Made by a program: the position numbers and the translations under genes
Shown: positions 12,080 through 24,532 of the stretch, one piece after another
Layout of the letters: the number at the start of each line of letters is the position of its first letter
Numbering within the stretch: the first letter of the stretch is position 1
Notes under the pieces: model-generated
What the model saw: the letters and a program-made list of their open reading frames with translations, nothing else
What the model was told of the DNA's origin: nothing
The model's database searches: none
Assembly: GCA_904063045.1 (NCBI GenBank)
Contig: CAJFCJ010000027.1
Location: 434,001-498,000, forward strand
DNA from: Dimorphilus gyrociliatus
Taxonomy: Eukaryota > Animalia > Annelida
Reading direction: 5' to 3'
DNA length: 64,000 nucleotides

Positions 12080-15000
12080 GTTAGTTATTTATATCCATTT
12101 ATATTATTTAGCGTATCTTTTAATTATATTTTTTTACCAAGGTATCGCTTTCCTGTGTGCTTAGTATCGGTTCGCTGATTATTTATCTCATCGATGCTTC
12201 AAGGTAGGAATTAGTTTGCAAATTATTATTTTTAAACAGAGGCGTCATATATAGACACTTCGTATATTATATAATATTGTTATCCATCTACTACCTTACT
12301 GACGTTTTTTATCTATTCCACGTCCCTCCTTTTCAGTATCTCCTTCAAAAAGTCCCTCAAGTATTTTTTACTCTTTTTTATGCTTTATTTAATTTTTACC
12401 TGGAAGGCATCGTTCCCCGTAAATTACCAATTAAACTATAGTAAAGGTTTTTCTTAATAACAAGCAACAACGTTCTTGTTTAAAGAAAGAAAAGAAAAAT
12501 CTTGTTACTACCTCTCTCTTATTCCCTTTTGTACAAATGTTTTTATGAAAGTTTTCATTATTTTCTTAAACTGATCATGTTTTATTAAGACAATGTATTA
12601 GGTAGATTTCTTTTCTCTTTCCCTTCCTTTTAAGGGAAATTATTAAAACGTACTTTCTGTTTATATATGATTTAACCAAAATAGACATTTTATTTAGTTA
12701 TTGCGGAGTAGGATTACTAAGAAAATTTCGTTAAGAAATCAAAGAGGGTAAACAAGGAAAATAAATTTGTTACTAAGGTGGTATATTTCCAAAAATGTAC
12801 AGATCAGAGAGAGGAGTTGTTAATCTACAAACCAGTCATAGTATATAGAATGTTATACATAAACAACTAGATGAATATAGTTCAACTCATTTAGTCATAG
12901 ACAATATATAAAGTTAAAAAAAGCAAACAAACAATACATTAAGTTTGTAATAGGTTATTATGATATCCGACTACCGACCACAAAACTAATAAATGAAAGA
13001 ATGCGTCAGTCAGATTATCATCGTATTAAAGGTTTTAATATTTTTAATATCATATTTCTAGGTAAAAGTTTACAGTTTAAGAACTTACTACAAAATATAA
13101 AAAAGTTTTCAATAGTGCTGTATATTTTTCCCATTAACGAAAATCTTTTATCGAGCTTTTCCCTATTATGTTTTATATATTTAACTGTTTTGTATTGTGA
13201 TTTTTACCCTATTTTTTTTTACATAATATCCGCTCCCTCTACAACAGTATAAAAGACAATTTATTCTATTTTATTATTGTTTCTTTTACGAAAATAGTCA
13301 AAACAAAAAGATTTCTTTTTTATATTAAAACCCCCCTCCTCCCTCCTCCGTTCACTTTCTTTTTACTTTCTTTTTCAAAGATTATCTATAATAGGGTTAG
13401 AGTATTAAGTACTAGTAATAATATTAATAATGAAGATATAACCGATGCAATTCAATTTGATAAAAACAACTTTTTTTTACTTTTTACTAAAAACCCTTTG
13501 GTTATATCTGCTCTTTTTCCTATCTTCATTATCTTTATGCTCTCTTTTTAATTAATTAATAATATTTTTACTTGTCTAACAAACACAAAGGATGCTACAC
13601 ACTCTCCAGAGGCACTAATTTCTTTTTTTGCTTTATACTCTTCTTATCATTATTTACAAGATAAGAATGAATATGAACAATAATAGTAACGTATAAACAA
13701 ACAAACAAAAAGAGTTGGGATTGATCTATTTTATACTTTCTGCAATTTTATTGAATCATATTTGTTTCCTTATTAATATAATTAACAAAGTTAGTACAAG
13801 TTGATATTATACAATGTTTTGTTTAGCGTCCGTGTCTTTAACACGTTCTTTTAGAAAAATTTACAAACAACTGTTTTTCTCTTTTTCATTTCTTTTTCTA
13901 GTACATTTCATAGCTTTTTGTTATTAAAAATACTATTAATAATAGTAATCATATTGCTAGGTAATACTAATACTAGTAAAAGGACATTTACTAATAGAAA
14001 TATAACTTACAATTAATGAATAGACGTTTGTCCTTTCTATTAAACTGCAGTTCACTTTAATAAGCTTTATTAGCAAGTTTTATTAATTGTTTATTTCTAA
14101 ACAGTACATATATATATATCATATTGTTTATTACTAGTCTTTACGTTCGTATTATGTATTTAATGCATAAATTAAGAAATGATAGTACTATCGGAAGTTT
14201 AATCTTCTAAAAATAAGTCTTCTATGTATTTTTTTTAAATAGATTGCTCACTAATCTGCTCTTACCGGAAGTAATCTTATTTTCTTGTCCCAATTGGGAG
14301 AGTATAGGGTTCACTTTTTTTAAGGTGTAGGCTTTAGTTTTAGTAAGGTGAATTAATTATGTAAATGATGTTTTGCATTATATTGTGTTCTGTATCTATC
14401 AATATATATTTATTTACCACCAAGTACGACACTATAGCAACTTACTATGTAAAATTAAAGACAAAAACGGTAATTACAAGTACATATCAGGGCTGATAAA
14501 TGAGAAAGAAATTGGGAAATTGGGGGAAAAGTGTAGAAAAACGATTTTCAATGAAGCGTAAAAGTGCCAACGTTTCACTGCGAGCAACGGCACAACAAGA
14601 CATTGACGATGAATCAAAGACTGAAAGGGAAAATACAGTTTTTACATAGGTTTTTTTTATATTATTATCTACCTCTAACATTATACAACGTTTGACGTTA
14701 ATTGAAGGAGATTTGAAAATTGATAGGCCTAAAGAAAGCAGTAAAGAGTAGGAGAAAATGATTGAACAATCTCCTTTACTGTAATACAAACAATATTTAT
14801 GGATGTTCGATTCTATTTGGCTGGCAATCGGGATGCTAGATATTTAAATTGCAGAAACCTCAGACGTCATAGGAAGAAATACAAATACATTTATGCATAA
14901 TGAGGAACTTTGAACAGTAAAAACTGAATATATATTTATATATATAAAAGGAATTTCTACTTCCCTCCTACCCTCCCCTCCATGCCCCTTCGTCCCTCTT

Positions 15001-16740
15001 TTTTTTATTGGCATAGTACATACTGACCTTCAATTCCTGAAAGCCTGACATTTTCCCCTAATTTTACATTTTAACCCAGTTTTGAAAGTTGGTAGAGTGA
15101 AAAGAATCTATTAGAAAAATCAGTTTTAACAGTAACGCAAATGTTATCCATTCAATATCAACTAAAGAGGTATGCGCAGTATTGCATCTCCTTTGAAGTT
15201 ACTAGCGTTACCGCTCAAAGTGCTACACTAACGAGATGAGACTAGCGTGTTGGAGTCTATTTTTCGACGCCTTTCGCGCTGTCGGCGACAACTCTGAGAA
15301 AATAAGTAGACACGGACCGTTTTTACAATAAAACTTTTCCTATAAGTTCTCAGACACCCCGCTGTTTCGTCTTTATACACATCCTTCATTATTTTTTCTG
15401 TATATTTACTTTATATATGTATTAATATAAACAATATATACATGTACATATATACAGTATATATATATATATAGTATATATGTATACATATATATATAGT
15501 GTATATTTATAGATGTTAAGATTTGTACTCTTTTATGCCTATATACTGTATATATATATATATATACAGTATATATATACAGTATATTAGTCTCTAACTT
15601 AATGTCAAAATAACCTACATAATATTTTACTAACGTTTATCTTCTTTCAAGGTTTGGCAAAAAGGTAGAACAATGCAAAAGTTGGACTGAAAGCCCGGCA
15701 CAACAAATCGATTTTGTTTTCAACGTTTTCTTCACATTTTATTTTATTATTCGGGTAAGACATACCTGACATTAGAAACAAAAGCTATACAATTTCTTTA
15801 ATAGTAAACTTCCTTGTAGGATATTTAAATACGAATGCCAAAAATTATTTATCAATATTACTCTCCTACCTTTACCTACTAAAAAAAACGACTCTCGTAT
15901 CTTAAAATATCAAATCAAAAAGTTATTTTACTCACTTATTGCACGTCAATAAGTGAAAATAAACTTGACACTCTTTAGTTTATCCTAAAAAAGGAATAAC
16001 ATCTGCATGCACTATGACTTGGTGTGAATTCGTGGAAAGATTCACAAGAAAATGTATAATTCAAAGTCATTCCTCTATTGAATAGTTCTAAACTATGAAA
16101 AAAACATATCTTAGTATAGCCTTTAGCGGTTGTTTTTATCTCAATATATTTCATATATCCGTATATTATCCATTCACTTAGCCTATACTGTTCTTAACTG
16201 GGAATGCAGAGCCAATCAGGAAGCGAATTAGATGTAATTCTCGTCAAATTACATACAGTATTTTTGGCATCGCATTACCTGTGTATATCTCTGCTATAGG
16301 TTTATCTATAATACTTCTTTTTTTTCAGTTTACGGCTGCGAATGATAAACTGATATTCTGGCTGGAAATGCACTCAATTGTTGACTACTTTACTATTCTA
16401 CCTGCTTATATGGCAATATACTTAGGTAGACAGTGGCTAGGTAAACACTGATTTTTAAAATTCATAAAATGAAGGGTGAGAATATTAATTTTAAAACTAA
16501 AACTAGAAGATAAAGATTAAAAAATCTGATAACGAATTAACGTTAGATTATTGATGTAGCTCTTTTTAATAACTGAATAATCATTAAAAGATGAACCACT
16601 ATCATTTTTTATCAAGTACAGATTTCTAATTGAAAAAGTACAATTAAATCTCTTTTCCCGGAAAGAGTTTATTTTATAATTAGTTGAAATACTTGAAATA
16701 TATATTAATTAGACAAAAGAGAGAAAGGGATAGAGAGAAA

Positions 16741-16777
<37 letters not shown>

Positions 16778-17096
16778 AATAGAAAAGAAGGAAGCATAAA
16801 TATACAAACATATACAATACAAGTACATTATTATCTATATATAATTTTAACGAAAGTGGTCTTGCTTTCTTAAATTTTAATATAAAAAATACTATTTATC
16901 TATAGATGAACTATATCTCCAATTAATTTATTTATATTTAATATTAAAAAAAGGATAGAGCTAACACTTAATGCCAGGTAGCTAGGTATTACTTTCCGCT
17001 TACATTACTTTTTTAAATTACAACCCTTATGTGGGATTAATAACATTTTACCCCTGTCAATCAGGCTAGTTTTTTTTACTTATAAAGCTATAAATG

Positions 17097-17159
<63 letters not shown>

Positions 17160-19801
17160 CATATATTAAATTTAACAGTATGTACTTTATTTGACAATAA
17201 GTCCCTGTTATTCTTATTGACAGAATTTCATTGCAGTTATATAAAAATATAAAATATAAAGAGATTCTTATCACTTTAAGCTTTAGTTGCAATTTTCTTA
17301 TGTAAAATCACCGATAGAACTATAGTACTTTGCTATTCTTCCTTGTTATGGTACTAGGAAAAAAATAAAAGCTTCAAAGTCGAGAATAAATATCTTACAA
17401 TCTATCTATCTAGCTTGCTAGGCATCTCTCTTTACTCTTTATGTATGTATTTATCACCATTTCGTTCCCTTTTTTGTGTATTTCTGCACCTAATTTGAAT
17501 AGTGAAGTGTGTAAGAATAGTAGTAGATAGAGTATGCCTTAATTATCATTAATCGAACAATCTTGCTCACCAGTAAAGTAACAAAAAGTCTCTCTTTCTT
17601 TCATTTAAATTGATAGAAGATAGGATAGCAGTAAAATTCGGTTATTTAGTTTCTTCTTTTTGAATTTGCCAATTGAATAAGAAATTTAATTAGCATAAAT
17701 AAACTTATTAGTAAAACTTTAAAATTGAATAATTTTACTTAATTACGTGTAAAGAAAGCTATTTATTTGTTAAATATATAGAGCTATTATTAAGTATGTA
17801 TATATAGGCAATTATTCTGTTTAGTAGCATATTACTGTCGCTATTTAAGTAAAATTTTGATTTGTTCATCAGTAAACCAGTTAATTCGGTATAAAAACCT
17901 TAGTGAAATATATGCAGTAGCTGTGATCTAAAACTCATGTCAACACGGCAGTCTCATTAATTCTCGCCCTTCATCGACCTAATTTTATTTATCTTGAAAA
18001 GATGGACGAAAGGAGCTTAATGTAACATACACTCAGAATGTATCATATATACTATATATATATATATATGTATATAGGTTATTTATAGTCCAAATTGATA
18101 TTGTATATTTATATTGTATAAGAAGATTTGGGATTGGGGGGGAAAAAGTAATAAAAGTTAACCTTTCGCAATAGAGTATAACCCCTAAGAAATAATAATA
18201 AGAGATATGAAAATGAATAAGATTTTCTTATCCCTTTAAAAGAACTTTGACAGATAGGAAAATTTAAATTATCAAGATTCTAAATTAAATTTCATCATGA
18301 AATATTGATAGTCAAAGACTAAGTAGTCAATGATTTCTAGTCCACAATAGATAATTATTAAAATACACGCAAGAATATGAAAACTGGTAAAATTAACTTT
18401 TAAGGTATTCTTTCAACTTTTAAAAGACCATTAATTACGTAATTAAATATGTGAAAATTTGTTGAAAAGGTTATCTCTTTTCTCCTTCAAGTAAATTTTC
18501 CTTTCTTAATCCATCTTTTCCGAAATTCATTTTATTTAATAGAAAAAAAACAGAGGGAAATCATTTGTGGATGGAATATTTTCGCTTATTCAATAAAGCA
18601 TATTGTATTATCTATTAAATATAATAAGCTCTACGTGTGTATTTCACTATAAAATTTATTAAGGTATATATATAATACCTGTCTCAGGTAATTCTAATAT
18701 CCGTTCTATCCCTGATTTCCCTCTAATTTAAGCATTACGAATAAGATTATTTCTGACCAAAACAGGCTTTCGTTTCCTGAGAGCCCTGCGCCTAATTTCC
18801 TTTCCCGATATCCTGCAGTATTTAAGTTTGTTACGGACAAGCAACAAAATCCGGTTAGCTCAATTACTTAGCATGTTTTTCGGAGTTTGGTTGGCTGCAG
18901 CTGGCTTTGTTCATTTGGTGGAAAATTCAGGTGATCCATTCCATGATTGGAAAAATTCGCAGTATTTAAGTTACTGGGACTGTCTCTATTTTTTGATGGT
19001 GACAATGTCTACAGTTGGCTATGGCGACATATATTGTGTTACAGACATTGGCCGAACTTTTATAGTTTTTTTCTTACTTTTTGCTTTGGCTATATTTGCT
19101 AGTAGTGTTCCGGAAATTTTGGATATTGTTGGAAAGCATCCCAGATATGGAGGAACTTATGAAAAACCAGCTGGTGTTAGGTAGGACAGTATTAATTCAC
19201 TTTATTTAATTCTCTCCTCCTCTCACAACAAAGAGAACTTTAAAGTATTTAATTTGCCCAGAGGGATTTGCACAAAATAACATTATTAATTGACCTAAAT
19301 AACACCAACAGCCACCAATTATAGTTTCCCTTCGACGTCCTCAAGCCTAGACCGCTCAAAAAAACTCTTTTCTAAACAAGGGGGTAATAGCTCTTGGAAA
19401 TAACCGCTAAATGTCTTTAATAACTGCTGTAAGTTATATGAGAGTGCATTTTCCGATTTCGGTTAAAAAGGAGAAAGAATGAAAAGAAGAGTAAAAAAAA
19501 ACACTTTATGTAATTGTATTGCGTGCTAAAGTGTTATGATTTCACAAGAGAAAAACTTGAAAACAAACTAACCGAACTAGTTGACGTATATATATATATA
19601 TTGTCCCATAAAGCGAATTTAGAGGAAATAGGTACTTGAATAAAAAAGGAAGAGTACATGATAGCTAAGATTTTACGTATTAAATTATACAGTGTAAACA
19701 AGTAGAGGGACTGATAAGCTAATACATTATCTAAAGTTTATATAGTATATTGATGAAAGTGGCTGTTCACTAAAGACCTATGTCGTATAACTTAATTTAT
19801 A

Positions 19802-19838
<37 letters not shown>

Positions 19839-20929
19839 TACATGTATATGTCTAAGTAAACTTATTTACTTAGATATAAAAGAATCCATTTTGGGTGAAT
19901 AAAATAACTAAAAATTTTAGATGAAGACACTCTTACAAGAGTATTTGGATGTATTATTTGAAGTAGTAATACGTCTTAGCTTGAGGAGAATATTTCATTC
20001 ATCCAGAAAGAAATTTTCTTATAGATATTTTCAGCATGAAGTAATTTAATATTATACTATACAGTATACCATTTAATTTTTCCTCAAAACTATTAATAAT
20101 TACTATGTAATCTACATTGTAAAAAAAGAAAACTCTAATAACTTATTAATACTACATAGTTTAACTAGTATTTTATTTATTTTATAATAAAAAGTATTTA
20201 GTAATTAATTTTTTTTTTAATTTTGATAAAACTTATAAAGAAAAGAGAAGAAAAAAATAGTAATTACTCTTTTATAGTACTTTTCATTTTTTAAGTAGGG
20301 AAACCTTCTCTAAGATTTTTTTTTTCTTTATTATTTTTGATTAGAAGGGGAAAAAAATATCTACTAGTATAAAAAAAACACTTATTAATTTTAATAAATA
20401 TGAACATTCACCAATCTATCCTTCGTCACCTCTTACCCTTACAGACATATAGTTGTTACCGGACATATCAGCTACGAATCTGTTAAGAACTTTTTAAGAG
20501 ACTTCTTACACGAAGATCGAGAGAATAAGAATGTTAAGTGTTTGTTTTTGGATAGGTAAATAACTTCTTTTATTTTATCTTATATCTATAGATAATTCTA
20601 GAGAAATTGGTTAATGTTTTTTTCTTACGGCGGAAGGCAATATACTTTGGCTTAAAATACATGCCATACTAACCTATACTTAATAACTTAATTATACATT
20701 CTAATCTACTGACCATCCGGTTGTCTCTATAAGAAATAACGATTTACACTACTCAGTACATAATGTATAGTCAGTAACTAAAGATTTAGTTTACATAAAA
20801 AAAATAAGGAGACGTAAAACTTATACTTTATTCTTAGAATAAGGAGAGGATTGCAATCATATCATTTACTATATCAAACAAACATAATCAGCCATTCCTG
20901 GAACATGCAGTGAATATACCCATATGTAC

Positions 20930-20965
<36 letters not shown>

Positions 20966-23900
20966 ATTAATAGAACTCCTAATGAATTAAGGAATAACAG
21001 TTTAAATACAAGTTACAACTTTAAAATTCTCTATTTAAATCAAACTTGTCTCTGCGTTAAATATAGAATTTATATCTATTTTCATTACTTACTACTTGGA
21101 ACGGTACGAAGGTATTTTTTCTTCTATTTTATATCTTCTAGTAGAATGATCAATTTCTTTTAATGGGTTAATTATTTGAAAGCTTTTGAAACTATTAGTT
21201 TCTATTCTCTCTTTTCAGTAAAAATCCAGACTTAGAACTAGAAGCGCTCTTCAAAAGACATTTCACACAAGTCTGCTTTTTTAAGGGCAGCCCTTTGAAC
21301 ACTAACGACTTGGAGAGAGTCAAAGTAAGCGTTTATTGACCTTTTCCTCGGTTTCCTAATCATCCCTCATCTTTACAGCTAAAATTAGCTGATGCCTTTT
21401 TAGTCGTGGCTGATCCGAGAGCTTCGGATCCGGATGCGGAAGATGCAGCGAATATCATGAGGGTTATATCAGCTAAAAATTATCATAGTGATATCAGGAT
21501 CATAATTCAGCTTATGAGATTTCATAATAAAGCTTTCCTCGTGAACTTGCCTTCATGGATGGCTCAGGATCAAATTATATGCTTGGCAGAGATGAAATTG
21601 GGTTTCATGGCACAAAGTTGTTTGGCTCCCGGTTTTTCTACTTTGATGGCAAATCTTTTTGCTATGAGAAGCTATAAGAAGGTTTGTTCTCTTTCTTACC
21701 CCTTAGTTTTTATGGGCTTTGATTCAAATATAAAAACGAAAGAAAGAGTAGAGAAGAGTAACTGACAGCAAGAGGGAGGGAGAAAGAAAGAGAGTGAGAG
21801 AGAGAGTGTGTGTGAAAGTGGAAGATTTTCGTAGTCAGTAATCGAAAGAGAGAGTAATTGAATGAACGAATGAATGAATTAAAGTAACCCTATAGTAAAA
21901 ATGATAGTAAACGAAGGAATTGGAAGAGAAACAAGGATATACTTAAAAATATAACTTTAATGGTGGATTTTTACAAAAAAGAAAGAGAAAATTAAATGTA
22001 CAGGTCCTTCAAAATAATTTATCTCAAAAAAACTTAAAAGATTTTCATCTATCTTTTTTTTCCCTCCTCTTTGTCTTCCTAATTATATTTTAAAAGCTTC
22101 AAGAAAAGCAGCTAGTCAAGGTAACAGTAAAGTAACTAACCGAAAATTTTCATTTTTTTTCACTAAGTGTCAATTAATCGAGGCTTTGATCATTGGTATA
22201 TTTTGACTGCAATTATATTAATTTCTCTTAAAACACACTAATTACGTGGCTTTCAATCTGAGAAGCAAAACATTTTCATTGTTTTCTTTATTATTATTAT
22301 TTTATTTTCATTATTATTACTTTATTAACATCAACAGTAGATTAGAATTTTAAAATAGATAGTATCTTTTAGGTGTTATCTGATTTTCCTTTTTCAATAA
22401 AAAGAGAAAAGAAAAATACCATTAGGAGTGGTACCAGTGGGACGATATTAAGAAAAGATAATGGTACCCTATGCTTGTTTGTAAATAGAATATATACAAT
22501 ATAATACACTTAAAATTCTTATTTATATTTAACAACTCAATATTGTTTCTAGAAGTTTTCCTATTCTTGGGAAAAATATAAACTAAACAGATAGAATAGT
22601 ATATCTTTTACAATATTTGTAATTTGTATCTAATGTAGTATTCTATTTGTTTAGTTTCTTCCCCTTTTCTCTTCTCTTTTTACATAACCTAAACTCATTG
22701 TTAAGACTTTGGGAAACCTTTGCCATTTGCTTCAAAGTTACTATGTAGTCTTAAAACCATTATATTGTAAAGCCATATAAAGTTTCTTAGAACTGTTCTT
22801 TTTCATACTACAACACCTGATATATAAAATAACGAAAGAAAACTAACGATAGTAAAAAGACCAATTGAACAGCTACTATATTTTCCAGGAACAACGAATA
22901 TTTAACGTATTCATTGGGTCAGCTTTTTATTATAAGAGTTGTACAGGAGCCGTCGAGTACAAAAAGAATTTACGAAAGGCTTTCGTATTTTTTTTTTTAT
23001 AAAAATTCCATAATTAGACAAAAATATCGATAACTTTAATGTTTTCTAAGGCTTCTATAAAATTCCAGTATAATTGCTGTAATTTTCACTTTTATATATA
23101 CTGCAATTATATAGTTTTTTCATATTAAAGAAAACGAATTAGTTGTCTTCTTTGTACTTTTTTTTTTAATAACTTATCAATTTAAGCTATATAGATTTAA
23201 ATTATTATGGAAGATTTTATCATTTCATTCTAGTATCCTTTCTCTTGAGCCCATCCTATCTCATTCCATTTCTGCCTTTCTATATATATATATATATATA
23301 TCTATATATATCTTTTCTTTTTTCTCTTTTTTGAACATTAATCATTTATAAAATTAAATCAATGGCGATTAAACTAAGAGTGAGAGAAAGATGAACGATA
23401 GGTGAGCCAAAAGAGGATACAGTTTGCTTTTTTTTCCGTTACCTTTTCCTTATTTTTTTCACTATTGTTATTTAAAATGGTTGTAAATTTGTTGAGCTTT
23501 TACGATTTCTTTGTACGATGTTTGTTAATAAATAACAAACAAACAGAAGAATATTCCCTAAATGTCTACATTTTTGATTCGTGGAGAAAATGATAAGCGA
23601 AGTGAAAACGTGATATATTCAAATTGTTTCTTCCTTTACAGTCGGAAAAAGCTGCTAAATGGCAAGACGATTATCTTCGAGGAGCTGGTATGGAAATGTA
23701 TTCTAGCTACCTATCCGAAGCCCTGCACGGCCATACTTTCCCTCAGGCAGTCGAGTAAGTGATTAAAGCCAAAAACACGATGATTAATTGTCTGGAAAAT
23801 TACAATCGAGGACAGCGCTTTATTTTTTTCATAACATCTATTAGATCCCAACCGCTTAGTAGTCATATAGTAATATATAAAAAATTGCATTTATCCATCC

Positions 23901-24489
23901 ATCTCTAGGCTATAAACATAAATATATATACTGTATAGATAGTATATTTACATAGATAGACTCTAAAATCACTATCTATTTATATAAAAGATGTTCATCA
24001 CTATAGATTGACATTTTACCCAAAATAATCAGTAAGTTTGAGTAGCAAGGAAGTTCCTACTTCTATTTTGTAGTTAAGATAGTATGATAGAACAATTTGA
24101 AAATGATGTTACAGTAAGATTTACTAATGAATAAGGGAAATTTCAGTCGTAATTTATCAGAGCAACGAGTGATCATTATTACTGTACAGGGAATAGAAGG
24201 CGACTGCATACAGTACAACGCTTGTTTTAAATACCTTTTATATAATAGTAAATTGGAAACTAGTCTACAAAATTTCTTTTTTATAACGAATGTCAAGTGA
24301 TTCTTTATTAAAAGGCTCAGACATTTAATTTTCTATCCTTTGTTTTTTTTTCCATATTACAACAAATTTTCCTATTCTTTGGTTTTTGTTTTTATTTTTA
24401 TGCAGACTAAGCAAATTCTATGCTCGTAAAAAATTCCGAAAGCATAACCTTATATTTTTAAACAGTATATATAAATATATATAATGTAT

Positions 24490-24532
<43 letters not shown>

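Noticed and set aside
12803-12850. Acceptor-like tacag after slo exon 2 as an extra exon
   Set aside because: In-frame stop and no phase-compatible donor.
23705-23707. Apparent loss of the RCK1 Ca2+ ligand E535 (EMYSSYLS vs EMYTEYLS)
   Set aside because: Counting from M513/R514 shows E535 is the E of (N/M)EMY, which is retained; the changed residue is E539.
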